A stretch of DNA of 63,678 nt, the filler included, from Pirum gemmata (Eukaryota), in assembly GCA_002812295.1 (NCBI GenBank). It is 24 parts of 24 records of this genome, joined end to end, with 100 filler letters (N's around TTAATTAATTAA, not from the genome) between each part and the next. Parts side by side here need not be neighbours in the genome. Positions count along the whole stretch, not along the records: positions 36,157 to 38,478 come from PDIN01006790.1; positions 38,579 to 40,924 come from PDIN01006791.1; positions 41,025 to 44,125 come from PDIN01006792.1; positions 44,226 to 46,576 come from PDIN01006793.1; positions 46,677 to 49,019 come from PDIN01006794.1; positions 49,120 to 51,502 come from PDIN01006795.1; positions 51,603 to 53,943 come from PDIN01006796.1; 17 more parts are not named here. One strand, written 5' to 3'. The stretch's first letter is position 1; the number at the start of each line of letters is the position of its first letter. This document shows positions 37,506-52,068 of the stretch, piece by piece. Made by a program: the position numbers and the translations under genes. The notes beneath the pieces were generated by a model that was not told the DNA's origin, searched no databases, and saw only the letters and a program-made list of their open reading frames with translations.

Positions 37506-38445
37506 GCAACTTTGTGACATATTTTTCTATCGAATGATGCACTAAAACAGTATTATTACGTTTTTGAACCTCTCCAGGCTTGAGAGTAGAAACCTAACAC
37601 ACTAGTTCTGATGGTCTAGAGTAGTCATCTGGTATTTTAATCCTTTTTTCCTCAAAAATAAAATAAAAAACTACCAGATTATTATTTTTTATTAAATTAA
37701 TAGATCCGTTTTATTTTATTTGGTATGTTTTGTAAACATTTATAATAATGGTGTTTATCGGAACTTTTATACTGGCGCAGTATTTTTTTTCTTCTAGACT
37801 TAACTAAACCCTAACCCTAACCCTGTAGTAGTTCTCATGACCTAGGACCTAATTATAAACTAAAGCTCGAATCTAGTGCTAGACTACTACTAGGCTGCTA
37901 GCTAGAATTAGTCTACTGTCCACCGATGGTCTAGTGGCTACCTTCATGAGTGGGTTACCGACCACCCCTTTTGCCATGCCCTTTTTTAATTTTTATTTTA
38001 AAATATTGTTGTTTTCAAGATTTTGAAGTTATAAAAAATTAGGTGATTTTAAAAGCATTCTTAAAACCTCTAAAACACGAGTAATGTATACAACTTACAG
38101 GTTTGTTTTGACCATTTCATTATTTCGAACAGTGCGCTAATTGTGTGTTTTTTTTTAGACTGGTATGCGTACATCTGGACCCCCAAAATTAAATTATGTG
38201 TTCTTGTTTTAGTCATAACACTGGAATCTGGATCTGAAAGACTTTTTTTGGTTTTAGTCTAAAAACTATAAAATTAGCTTAAATTGCAACTTAAATGTAT
38301 ATTGATATATTTCATTGTTTATGGCTATTAATTCACTTTTGTAGATAATTGTTTAAACGACAACTTAACCCATAGCACAAAAATTTATCAACTTATGTGA
38401 AACATTTAATAAACAACATTTATATAATCTTTAATTTTAATAATA

Positions 38446-38478
<33 letters not shown>

Positions 38479-39666
38479 NNNNNNNNNNNNNNNNNNNNNN
38501 NNNNNNNNNNNNNNNNNNNNNNTTAATTAATTAANNNNNNNNNNNNNNNNNNNNNNNNNNNNNNNNNNNNNNNNNNNNATCATAATCATAATAATAATAA
38601 TAATAATCATAATAATCATAATAATACTAATACTAATACTAATAATACTAATACTAATAATAATACTAATAATACTAATAAGAATTGTATCATTAATGTT
38701 AGTACTGTTGCTTGTTGATACTAATATCATAATAGTAATAAGTGGCAACCAATGAGGATGGTATTAAGAGGAAGTTCTAGATGATAATACATTCGATAGG
38801 GTACTTAACAGGATGATAATAGATACTAACATCGACACTGCCGTTTATGATGGTGATAACAATAATAACAATAATGGCAATGCAATGATTATGATGGTAC
38901 AATAATGATAGTAATGACAGTAATGACAATAATGATGATAATGGTGATAATGGTGATAATGATGATAATGATGATAATGATGATAATGATGATAATGATG
39001 ATAATGATGATAATGATGATAATGATGATAATGATGATAATGATGATAATGATGATAATGATGATANNNNNNNNNNNNNNNNNNNNNNNNNNNNNNNNNN
39101 NNNNNNNNNNNNNNNNNNNNNNNNNNNNNNNNNNNNNNNNNNNNNNNNNNNNNNNNNNNNNNNNNNNNNNNNNNNNNNNNNNNNNNNNNNNNNNNNNNNN
39201 GATGATAATGATGATAATGATGATAATGATGATAATGATGATAATGATGATAATGATGATAATGATGATAATGATGATAATGATGATAATGATGATAATG
39301 ATGATAATGATGTAATGATAATGATGATAATGATAATAATGATGATAATGATGATAATGATGATAATGATGATAATGATGGTAATGATGGTAATGATGTA
39401 ATAATGATGGTAATGATGGTTGACACTGATATTTATGCTAATAATAACAATTATAATGATAATGGTAAAGATGGTAACAATAGGATAATAGGATGATGAT
39501 GGTAATGATGACAATGATGATAATGATGATAATGATGATAATGATGATAATGATGATAATGATGATAATGATGATAATGATGATAATGATGATAATGATG
39601 AAACTGATTGATAATAATGATAATAGCAATATTAATAATGATCGATTATTTATATAAACAAGATAC

Positions 39667-40838
39667 CCTTTCGATTTCCCACTTAAAGCATTGGTTAAAA
39701 TGCGAACTTTTGTAGGGTTTAAGCCTTTCATTTTAAAAAATTCTTCCAAGCCATCTTCTTCTGTATCAAAAGATAATCCTTTCACGCACACATCATGTAC
39801 TTCGACAGCTGCCTTCTTTGCTCCCATAGTGGGCGTGCTCGATGGTCGTTTAAGGGCAATTTTATCTTTGTTATCATCACTATCGCTATCACTACTGTCA
39901 CTGCTGTCACCATCACTACTGTCACTGCTGTCACTGCTGTCACCATCACTACTGTCACTACTATCATTAGCATCATTGTTATTCTCATTTTTATCGGAAA
40001 TATCACTACCACCCTTAGTTAAGTTTTCATTTTCGTTTTCACTATCACTACCACTACGACTATCACTATCACTGTTGCTATCACTATCACTATCACTACC
40101 ACTATCACTATCACTATCACTCTTTTTATTTTCGACATTCTTTTTTAGCAAAGTTGTATCCACACTCTCGCTATTGTTATTGTTAATATCGGCTATACCA
40201 GAAATATCAGAAGAGCTCATACTTTCGTTTTCGTTTTCGTTTTTATTATCGTTATCACTATCACTATCACTATCACTATCGCTACCACTATCATCACTAC
40301 TGTCACTACTATCACTACTATCACTACTATCACTACTATCACTACTATCACTACTATCACTACTATTTCCTTTGGATATATTTTGGATATCCATTTTCAA
40401 TGTATTTTCTTTATCGTTACTGCCATTCTTTTGACTATCACTATCACTATCATTATCATTATTACTATCACTACCATCACTGCTATCACTGCTATCACTA
40501 CCATCACTACCATCACTATCATCATTGCTATTTCCTTTGGATATGTTTTCGATATCCATTTTCAATGCATTTTCTTTATCATTGGTGATATTCTTATGAC
40601 TATGTAGTTCAGGGTCAGAGTCAGAGTCAGAGTCAGAGTCAGAGTCAGAGTCGGAGTCGGAGTCGGAGTCGGAGGCAGAACTTGAACTTGAACTTGAGCT
40701 TGAGCTTGTATCTGAGTTAGTATTATTGGTATTGGAGTCAGAATCAATTTTAGAAACAGATGTGGTTTTCTTTGGATCCTTGATCATTTTAGTTTTTGCC
40801 CCAACCTTCGGTTGCGTCGCTTTACTCAAAGTTAACAT
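39667..40838 (-). CDS. Nucleolin/Nsr1/gar2-like RNA-binding protein, first exon (acidic S/D tracts and the start of an RRM)
   Basis: K-rich N-terminus, long SD tracts, RNP2-like VCVKGLSFDTEED and VRIL...GKSKG, interrupted at a GTATCT donor just where RNP1 begins. Confidence 0.8.
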
Positions 40839-42179
40839 TTTTTATTGTTATTTATTTACTTAATAGTAATAAGTAATAAATAATAATAACAATAATATGA
40901 TGATAATAATAATAATAATAATAANNNNNNNNNNNNNNNNNNNNNNNNNNNNNNNNNNNNNNNNNNNNTTAATTAATTAANNNNNNNNNNNNNNNNNNNN
41001 NNNNNNNNNNNNNNNNNNNNNNNNTTTTAATAATATTAATAATAAAAATAATTAATAATAATAATATTTAATATTTAATTAATAATACTAAAAATAATAA
41101 TGGTGGTAGTGACAAAACAATATCGATAATATTACATTTAATATTGAAGAGAAGAAAATAAAAAGACGGTCATCACAAGCTTAAGTTACAGCAGTTGCAA
41201 ACGTAATTTATAAATATTTTGGTAATTTTAGTTACACCTCTTTCTTTTTTATCTAATAAACGCATCAATTCACAATAACAATACTAAAATTGATATAGTG
41301 ACGTTTTTTAAAATAACAGGAAAAATATCGATCATAATAATTAATTAATAATACTTCGTGATCAGCAGTGTAAATGATATCGATCATAACAATAAATATT
41401 AACAATAAGAAAAATATCGATAATAATAATAAATTGAACAATAATTCGTGATCAGCAGTGTCAATCATACCCTGTAAAAAAAAGAAATATCCTAAATTTT
41501 ATGGCGCTGATTAGCTACAAAAACAAAGCTTCCAATTTATTTATGTCATGCATGAGGGTGAATTACTAAGTTTAAAAGTATAAAAATCAATTGTATTATA
41601 TATAACACAAAGTTTTACGATGGTAATTGTACTGGTCATTATACTGCTGCGAATAACCTAACCCCTACTGTACACTGTATCTCACAATATTTAAAAACTT
41701 ATAATATTGCCTGTGAGCCATAAAAGTAAAATAACTTGACAACGTACAGTTAACTGATTTTAAATAATAATAATAATAATAATNNAAATCATCAGGACTA
41801 TAATATATTATACGTTCTAATAATATATATAATATTAATAGTACATAATAATATTAAATGAAATAATATTATATATTTTAATATTAATAATAATTATTAT
41901 ATAATAATAATAATAATAATATGATATACTTTTCGAATTCCCATAATAGAATATATTATTACTAGTTAAACAAACAAAACAACAAAAAAAATTGTTAAAA
42001 ACAGTAACTGTTTATTGTTTTTAATTATTATTAGAAATAATATAATCAAAATGATATTAATACTGATCAAAGCTGTAACTAGATGTAGAGAGGTGGTTAT
42101 TATCATTGTTCCCTGATTAAATTTTAATTTTATTAATTAACGAACTAATACCATTACATATAATAATATATACCAAAAA

Positions 42180-42400
42180 AACTTATGTAACTATCCATCA
42201 GTTAAAGGGACCGGGATATTTTGCAAAAGTACTACCGTAGTTCCTGCAACCACCGGGCCTACTGCAACCACTGGGCCTACTGCAACCACCGGGCCTACTA
42301 CTTGGTCCTACTGCATTGTAACTGCAACCACTGGTCCTTCAACCACTGGTCCTACTAGCTACTAGCTAGCTAGTGGTCCTGTTGGTGGTGGTGGTCAATC
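42180..42400 (+). pseudogene. Decayed (ATTGPT)n linker-coding repeat interrupted by a CTAG tract
   Basis: 18-bp unit GCAACCAC(C/T)GGGCCTACT occurs three times, with variation at a third codon position. A frameshift and AGCTACTAGCTAGCTAGT follow. Confidence 0.4.
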
Positions 42401-42608
42401 AACAACTAAACTACTCAAAAGAAAAAATAATTATTATTTAAACTTTTAGAATGCTGATTAATACTTTCGTTGTTGTTGTTGTTGTTGTTGTTGTTTTGTT
42501 ATTGTTGTTGTTTTGTTATTGTTGTTTTGTTATTGTTGTTGGTTGTCGTTGTTGTTGTTGTTGTTGTTGTTGTAGACTATATAATACTGTTACTTTTTTA
42601 AAAATAAA

Positions 42609-42644
<36 letters not shown>

Positions 42645-45600
42645 TAATGCATGAAAATAATACTGTGAAATTATATAATAATATTATCACTATTGTCAGA
42701 TATTATTATTATTATTTTGTTTTAGTTGTTTTTTATTACCGAGTCAGCCACTTTGTTTTTTTCTTTCAAGTTGTATTTACTAATGCTGTTCAACAGCTGT
42801 TGTAGTCTAATGTTTTTTTTTTTTGTTATTATGCATATCATAATAATTAGTTAGTAGACCTGGGGGGTCTAATTAATATTTTAAAATATCATAATAAGAG
42901 AAAATTGCAGAACTTCTTACTACAGACAAGTTTAGAGGTGTTCTAGGTCTTATTAGTGGTTTTGTTGTCATATCATATACCCGCTGTATGACGCTGCATA
43001 TATCCGGTACCTACAGCTAGTAGGTAGTCTATGATATATCTATAATATATCGATATTATCATTTGATATAATTATGATATCGATATTATGATATTAGCTA
43101 GTATATTATATATATAGTACGATAGAACTACGATAGACTATCGATTATCGTAGGCTATCTAAGACTAAGACTATCAGCTATCTGTAGAGTCAAAAAAAAA
43201 ACTTGAAATTAGTACCAGAGGCTCTAGTAGCTAGCTAGCTAGCTACTAGCTAGCTAGGGGTGACGAAGTCTATGACTGTCTGTGTCTATCACACGGTTCA
43301 CAACTTCACACCAACGAATTCGTCGGGATTTCGTCGGACTTTGTCCTCCCTTTAGAAATCCCTATTTTAGTTCGTCCTTTTGTCCAACAAAATACCGCAA
43401 TATTGTTGGACGATGTGAAAGCTCAAAAATCAAATCGATTGGCATTTTTAAAAAAGTTTCTAGATGCAAGTTACTTTTTGATAGACTATATAGACTTTTT
43501 TTACTCTTTTTTTCCACGCCGAATAAAACTGTAGAAATTATTTTTTCTAGACTTCTTTTCTAAAAACCTTTCTTTCATGCTAACTAGCCAAATTATTTTT
43601 AAAATTTAGCCATTTGTTCAAAATAGAGTATTCTTAATTAAAAGTAGGGGTGAGATATCTACTGGAACTTTTTTCGAACAGATGTTTATCGAGCCTACCT
43701 TAGTTCCGTGTTCCTTACTAATAATAGCAGTTAAATAGCTTAACATAGTAATTCTAATTATAATAGTTACCAATAAAAGTAATAATATTAACATTGGAAA
43801 AGTTCCGGCAGCTGTTCGGTAATAATAAAATGACGTCATCTCACCCCTACTCACCCCTACTATTCTTAGTTAGACTAGTCTATATAGGTCTATTTATTTA
43901 TTTATTATTTATTTATTAGACTAGGTCCTAGAGACTAGGTCTATTGAGAGGTCTATTGTGCTTTTCAGTTGTTTCGTCATCATGAAATATACAATAAAGA
44001 GTACCAAGTTACTACCAACTCAATACAATATAAATTCATTTCATTTAATTTGGTATATTTTATTATCAGATTCTATTTATTCATTTGAAAATGTCAATTT
44101 AAATATTATAACCAACCAAATAAATNNNNNNNNNNNNNNNNNNNNNNNNNNNNNNNNNNNNNNNNNNNNTTAATTAATTAANNNNNNNNNNNNNNNNNNN
44201 NNNNNNNNNNNNNNNNNNNNNNNNNATAATAATAATAATAATAATAGCAAAAGTGGACCTACCACAGCCTACCAGTACAATTTTTTGAAATTTTTGGAAT
44301 TTTTTTTTTTTCAATTTTTTGATCACTTTTTAAAACCTTTATAACTTAGCTAGCAACTAGTAGACCAACTTTAAAATTATAAAATTATAAACTGAATGAA
44401 AACATCATGACCAATCCATCCCTGTTATCATTTCATGTCGTTTATATTATACTTTATAATATGGTTTTTGACTAATAATAACTATTTTATGTTTTATGCA
44501 TAAAAAATAGACAAATCGAGCAAAAAACACTAAAAATTAACATTCAATCAAAAATGTATTTTTTTTTTTTTCAAGCTATGTCATAGCACTGGGAGACCAC
44601 CCATAAAGGATGTCACCTAATGTTGCCTCTTTGTCCAAAACACTTTTGGTCATAATTTTAAAGTTCATTTTAATAATTAATTACTGCCTAAAACAGTTTA
44701 AGTTACACTTTCAAGCAATGACTTCTATCAAAGAATAAGTGACGTCCTTTATGAACGTTCCCTCTAGCTACTAGCTAGCTAGGTAGAGTGAGGCTAAAGA
44801 GTTGATTGCTACTAGCTAGCTAGCTAACTATCATAACCCGATTCTGACATTTTCATCTGTTAGGTCAGAACCCTCCAGTCTCCAAGGAGGGTTGTGAACT
44901 TGTGGTGTTTTACGTCATATTATAATTTATAATGATATGATACTAATAGTATACTAATCATACAGTCATACTATTGATATGATACTACTACTAGAGCTAG
45001 CTAGCTATGATAGTAGCTAGATTGCAACGGCGTGGCAAAAACAGATCTCTTTTTATCCCTTTTTTTAGAGACCCATTGATAAAAAGCAAACCACCAAAAA
45101 AAAAAAAAAACCTTATTTGCAACCAACAAACTCATAGTCGTTTGATATTATTATAAATCATTTGTCGATTGTGTTTTCTTGTTTCACCCCAGCTAGTTGT
45201 TTTTAACCTTGGTTGTTATTGGATTCAAGAATTATTGCACAATAGTCTACTACAAGTGCTTTTCATTGTTTTGACATCATGCATGTTATTAATTAATTAA
45301 AGTTAGTTAATTAAATTTAGTACGTGTTCTATTTGAAGTCCCTAGCTGAAGTCCATCGATATCTGATATAATAATCGATATCATCATACTGTGATTTATT
45401 TATCGCAATATTCTATAATATTAATTTTCACTGTTAATTTTCAAATAAATCAATGATCAAAGTGACAAAATAAATGAAAAGCAACATAATATTATATATT
45501 ATAATATATTTAACAGCCAAGCCGGATCAAAATTGCCACATCCACCATTATGAGCTCAAAATCTCAAAATACTCCAATTTCAATGAAATTACTACCAAAA

Positions 45601-45979
45601 TTTTGAGAAATTTTCTAACTAAGAAAACTCTATTATGAACCAATTGCCAGTTTTTAAAAATAATGTGGCTAGTTATAATTAAGGTTTTCAGAATAGAAAT
45701 CTAAGAAAAAAAATGATTTCTACAGTTTTATAGTAGTACTCTTATTATAGTAGTTTTATCCGGCTATATATACCGGTATCATATATAGACGTTAATTAAT
45801 AAGGGTATTTACATTCTTAAATAGACTTCCGGAAATCTATTTAAGAATGTAAATATTATACCCTTATTAGAGTCTTAATACTGTCTTAATTAATAGTGTC
45901 TTAATGCCGAAAATAACTGTTTTTTAACTATATATTGTAGTTTTCGCACATCGTTTTCAGTTAAGTACCTCCGATATTA

Positions 45980-46124
45980 GGGAGCGTTCAAATATTACGT
46001 AACGCCAATTTCTGGTCAAATACAGCTTCGAATACCCCTATCTACCTACCCCTCGACGTTAATTTCCGGTCAAATACCACCTACTTACCTACCCCTTGAT
46101 GTGACGTATTATTTGAACGCTCCC
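45980..46124. mobile_element. Complete 145-bp PIF/Harbinger (Tourist-like) MITE, family A
   Basis: TIR GGGAGCGTTCAAATA / TATTTGAACGCTCCC with TTA on both sides (45977-45979, 46125-46127), the TWA target duplication typical of PIF/Harbinger. Confidence 0.9.
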
Positions 46125-46676
46125 TTAGTAGTAGTAGGGTCTATATAAAATCGTTTTTGTTTTGTTGGTTGAAAAGCATTTTGAGTCTGTTTAATGAAAG
46201 GTCTAACTAACTCTTCTAATTTATGATACTTTTACGAATTACGATACAGTTTTTTTTTTTAAAAAAAATAATAGACTATCATAGTCTACCAGAAAAACAT
46301 GCCCAACAATCGAGCTTATAAAAGAAGCTCTAAACTCATGATTCAATGCAGAATCATAGAACCTAAGGCGTTGGGGAAAGTGAGGACTGGTGAGGACCCA
46401 CCCCAGGTTGGGTAGGAGGAAGGTAGGCCGGATAGTGTGAACCTCCAGTAGTGAGAAACTTGAAAAAAATATATATGCTATCGATACTGCATGATAGCTG
46501 GCTTAGTAGCTAGCTAGCTAGTAGGACGAGAGCAGCAACTCAAAAAACACACATTTAATTATTATTATTATTATTANNNNNNNNNNNNNNNNNNNNNNNN
46601 NNNNNNNNNNNNNNNNNNNNTTAATTAATTAANNNNNNNNNNNNNNNNNNNNNNNNNNNNNNNNNNNNNNNNNNNN

Positions 46677-46712
<36 letters not shown>

Positions 46713-47187
46713 CGTATTAATACCAAATTATTATATTATGGTTTTAAAAGCTACCAGATTGTGATTCAGACTTACAATTATTAATAAATACTCAGGACTC
46801 ATGAGTCATTGAACCATAGACTAACTACGTTTAGACTATTCAAAAATTTTATTATATTATTTAATACTGTATATTATGATAATCATATATGATAAATGAT
46901 ATATTAATAATATAATAATATATCAATACTATCAAGGTTTTTTTTTTTGAAGTCCTTGATACTATATAATATACTATTATGATATAGATAGATATTATGA
47001 TATATCATGGGATAGAAAGGTAGGTCTGTATATTGTCTGTATCGTCTCGTTGTTCTCTCAATCTTTAATTTGGTACTGTTTAAGTGTATAATTGAACTTT
47101 TTTATAAATACAACATAACAAATTAATTAAAAAACATGTCTGATAGTTTATTGTTAATTTCAAGGACGCGTCCCGAATAAGCCATAA

Positions 47188-47317
47188 GGGAGCGTTCAAG
47201 TAATACGTCACGTCAAGGGGTAGGTAGGTAGGCGGTATTTGACCGGAAATTAACGTCAAGGGGTAGGTAGGTAGGTAGGGGTATTTGAAGCTGTACTTGA
47301 CCGGAAATTGGCGTTAC
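47188..47317. mobile_element. MITE family A copy with one end truncated
   Basis: TAA|GGGAGCGTTCAAGTAATACGTCACGTCAAGGGG... Confidence 0.85.
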
Positions 47318-47456
47318 ATTTGGTATCATAGATTAGTTTATTTAGTTTTTGAACCCGAACTGTGGACAACACCCCGATATAGTAAAAATAATTTCCTTCA
47401 AACTTTCCTAAATTTTCCCTAACAAACTTTCCGCGATTTTATTCAAATAATCTTGC

Positions 47457-47571
<115 letters not shown>

Positions 47572-47712
47572 NNNNNNNNNNNNNNNNNNNNNNNNNNNNN
47601 NNNNNNNNNNNNNNNNNNNNNNNNNNNNNNNNNNNNNNNNNNNNNNNNNNNNNNNNNNNNNNNNNNNNNNNNNNNNNNNNNNNNNNNNNNNNNNNNNNNN
47701 NNNNNNNNNNNN

Positions 47713-47800
<88 letters not shown>

Positions 47801-48470
47801 GTGAAAAAATCTATTAGTTTTGTTATTTGAATTTTTCAATTTAAATAAGTCTTCATTGAGTCTAGACTATATACAAAAAAAGTTAACAATAAACTATCAG
47901 ACATGTTTTTTAATTAATTTGGTATGTTGTATTTTATAAAAAAGTTCAATTATACACTTAAACAGTATCAAATTAAAGATTGAGAGGACAACGAGACGAT
48001 ACAGACCTAAGACTCCCAAACAATATTTCCATTGGTGTATTTGTATTTTTTGGTATTTGGCAGGACTGTGTACAGTGTACCCTTTCTCACTGTATTTGCA
48101 TCATTTAGAGCAATTAATTAAAATGAGATTTTATATCTAGAAACTACTCATGAAGCGCTAAATTTTGATGCAAGAATCATTTTCATAGCTTATCAATTCT
48201 ATCGAAAGTTACCAATTGAGCAAAAAAAAAAAAGTGTCAGGACTGTACCAACCACTCTACTCTACTAATGTGCTTTTCATTTATTTTGTCACTCCGAATA
48301 TTTATTTGGTTGTTTCTAATATTTAAATTGATACTTTTAAATAAATAAAAATATAATAGAATATACCGGTACTATTTGTTGTATATTTTATGACGACAAA
48401 ATAATTGAAAAGCACGACACTACCTACCACAAAGTAGTAGTCTAGTAGTAGCTATAGACCCCCCTCGGTT

Positions 48471-48631
48471 TATCGTGTTTTTCAATAGTGTTGCCCAGTT
48501 CAAAAACTGAAATATTATTATGGACATGTTTTAAAACTTTATACTCAATGTTTTATTTTATAAACAATTTCAATTTAACACTTAAACAGCACCAAATTAA
48601 AGATTGAGAGGGCAACTATATATTGAAATAC
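48471..48631. mobile_element. Dispersed repeat family E (MITE-like; ends resemble family D)
   Basis: TATCGTGTTTTTCA...CAGTTCAAAAACTGAAA...CACTTAAACAG(C/T)ACCAAATTAAAGATTGAGAGG. Copies at about 8158-8330, 18735-18921, 27550-27660, 47040-47150 and 47890-48003. Confidence 0.7.
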
Positions 48632-48854
48632 CTGGTAGTCTAGACGATATGATAGTTCTTATAGTAATAATGTATATTATCATGTACATTAGGTCTTTCT
48701 GATATTTGATATATTATGATATTTACTCCATCCAACTCTACGTCGATATCGGTCACGTTTTTAAAATACTGTGACTCACGTATCATAGTGGTGTAGATCT
48801 GATTGTTTTTTTAAAAAAAAATACTGCGGGTGGAGTCTGGAGATCAAACACCAA

Positions 48855-49019
48855 GGGAGCGTTCAATAATTACGTAACGCCGTTTTGGGACAAAAACCTA
48901 CCCTACTACCCCCCCGTGTAACGGCCTTGTAACGTTTGAGAAGGACTACCTACCCCTTATGACGTAACGATTTGGAAAAAATAGTACCCCAAATTACCTA
49001 AATGCTCAAAAAAACGAAA
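48855..49019 (+). mobile_element. Left end of a longer Harbinger-like element sharing the family A TIR
   Basis: Starts GGGAGCGTTCAATAATTACGTAACGCC, then diverges from family A; second copy at 9022-9186. Confidence 0.7.
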
Positions 49020-49306
49020 NNNNNNNNNNNNNNNNNNNNNNNNNNNNNNNNNNNNNNNNNNNNTTAATTAATTAANNNNNNNNNNNNNNNNNNNNNNNNN
49101 NNNNNNNNNNNNNNNNNNNTCTCATTATTATTACCCTTATTGTTTGTTTGTATTATACCCGCATTGATTTTGTTTGTTGTTTTTGTTGAAATTTTAGTAT
49201 TTTTTTACTCTTTATTAATTAATAATGTAAATGTTCCAATTTGCTGGTGATGATGTGGTAGTAGAAGTAGAAGTATTATTATTATTATTATTCTTAATAT
49301 TCTTAA

Positions 49307-49338
<32 letters not shown>

Positions 49339-49926
49339 GTAGTAGTAGTAGTATTAATAGTAGAAGTAGTAGTAGTATTAGTAGTAGTAGTAGTAATAGT
49401 AGTAGTAGTAATGGCGGTAGTGGTGGTAGTAGTAGTAGTGGTAGTGGTAGTGGTAGTGGAGTAGTGGTAGTGGTAGTGGTAGTGGTAGTGGTAGTGGTAG
49501 TGGTAGTGGTAATGGTAGTGGTAGGTAGAGTTAGAGTTAAGGTTAAGAACCTGTTAAAAGATTAGCGTTATAATTAGGGTTAGCGTTAGCGTTAGCGTAG
49601 CTATATATAACTATATAGTCCTAGCAGCAGCAGTATTACTATTAGTAGTAGTAGAAGTAATATAGCTATATCAGTAGTGGTAGTGGTGATAGTAGTAGTG
49701 GTAGAAGTAGTAGAAGTAGTAGTAATAACTATAGTAGTAGTAGTAGTAGTAGTAGTAGTAGCAGTATGATAGCACTAGTAGTAGTATTAGTAGCATTAGC
49801 ATTAGTATTAGTAGTAGTAGTAGTAGTATTAATAGTAGTAGTAGTAGTAGTAGTAGTAGTAATAGTAGAAATAGTAATAGTAATAGTAATAGTAGTACTA
49901 GTAGTAGTAGTAGTAGTAGTATTGAA

Positions 49927-49988
<62 letters not shown>

Positions 49989-49998
49989 ATAGTAGTAA

Positions 49999-50037
<39 letters not shown>

Positions 50038-50084
50038 NNNNNNNNNNNNNNNNNNNNNNNNNNNNNNNNNNNNNNNNNNNNNNN

Positions 50085-50177
<93 letters not shown>

Positions 50178-50199
50178 ATAGTAGTAATAGTAGTAGAAA

Positions 50200-50240
<41 letters not shown>

Positions 50241-52068
50241 ATAGTTAACGTTGTTGTTGTTGTTGATGATGTTAGTAGTAGTAGTATTAATAATAATAGT
50301 AATTGTAGTGATAGGTGCTATTTATTAAAAAAAAAAATTTTATTTTTGTTGTAAAAAAAAATAATAATTTTGTCATAAAAATTTGAATTTTGATTGGCTC
50401 AGAAATTTTCTGAAATCTTTTCTCTTTTCTGTTTTTCTGCAGCATCCGTGCTTTTGATTCGCTACTGCGAATATTTATTTGGTTGGTTATAATTTTTTAT
50501 TTGACATTATTAAATGAATAAATAGATAATAAAAAATACCAAATTAAATAAATTGGATCTATATTGTATTTATTTGGTACTCTTTATTTTATATTTATGA
50601 TGACAAAGCAAGATAATGCAAATAATTTAAAAACGACCAACTTTTTTTACTATTTAAAAGCCCACCTTTTTTTTTATATAATATATTCGAATATTCAAAC
50701 CTATTAAATACTTATTATATTACTTATGTTCGAAAACAAAAAAAATCTAGTGAAATTCAAAAGATGGTTGTTTTTACATTACTTGATTTTCAAAAAAAAA
50801 TCTTTTTTGGAGACTGCGGCCAATGAAAAAGAAATAATCCTATAGCGCAATGCGAATATTTATTATTATTCGAATTTTTTTTCATTTCATTTTCAAAAAA
50901 AAAAATTATTCGATTTTCAATAAAAATTCGATTTCTATTTTTCAAGTACTATGATATAGTAAAATAGAAATATCGAAAATATTTTTGTATGTCAAATCTG
51001 AACTCGATATCTATCATAATAATATATAATCCCGCAAATAGATATTTTTTCGCAGACTTAAAGGCTGACTAAGTTACTGACCATTGACAAAAAACAACAA
51101 CTAGAAAACAACCAACTTATATATTTATATATATTCGGTAATTTCGAATATATTAATTATTTATAAAATTATATATGTTCGAAAACATTCAAGCCAGGAT
51201 AAAACTACTATAAACTGTAGAAATCTTTTTTTTTATATATACTTCTTTCCTAAAAACTTTAATATTAAAACTAGCCAAATTATTTTTATAAACTAGCCAT
51301 TGGTTCATAATAGAGTTATAAAAAGTTAATTTTTTTTTTAATTTGGTAGTACTTTTATTTAAATTGGCTCATTTTAAGATTTTTGGAGTTTTGAGCTTAT
51401 ATGGCGGGTGCATTTTTATCTGGCTTGGTATGTTAAAAAAAAAGGACTAAAAAAGGTAATTTTTTTATTTTATCATATATAAAAATAATTTATTATTATT
51501 ATNNNNNNNNNNNNNNNNNNNNNNNNNNNNNNNNNNNNNNNNNNNNTTAATTAATTAANNNNNNNNNNNNNNNNNNNNNNNNNNNNNNNNNNNNNNNNNN
51601 NNATTATTATTATTATTAATATAATATTAATATTGTTATTCTTATTAATATTATTAATATTATTATTATCTTTATACAATACAATTATGGTTAGCGTTCT
51701 CCTCCGGTTCGTATAGTTGATCAGTATCCTTGCAAACAATTTGCATCAACGTACGCGTGTTTAAAAGAATATTAATATTAATAAGCGTGTTTCATTTCAG
51801 ATTTTATATGAACTACGGCCTCACGAATTTAATAATGTCGTAGATATATATATAATATATATATTAATAACGTATTAAGATCAATAATAAAACAATTAAT
51901 ATTTATAATTAATGCTCTCGCAATCAAAGACAATATTAATATTAATACTGATATTAATACTAGTACTGTTATTTATGTACTTTGCCTCCGGTTCTCTTGG
52001 TTGGTGCACAAACCCAGGATACAAAATGCTATGATCAACCTAATTGTCAGGATAAGTATTAATATGGG

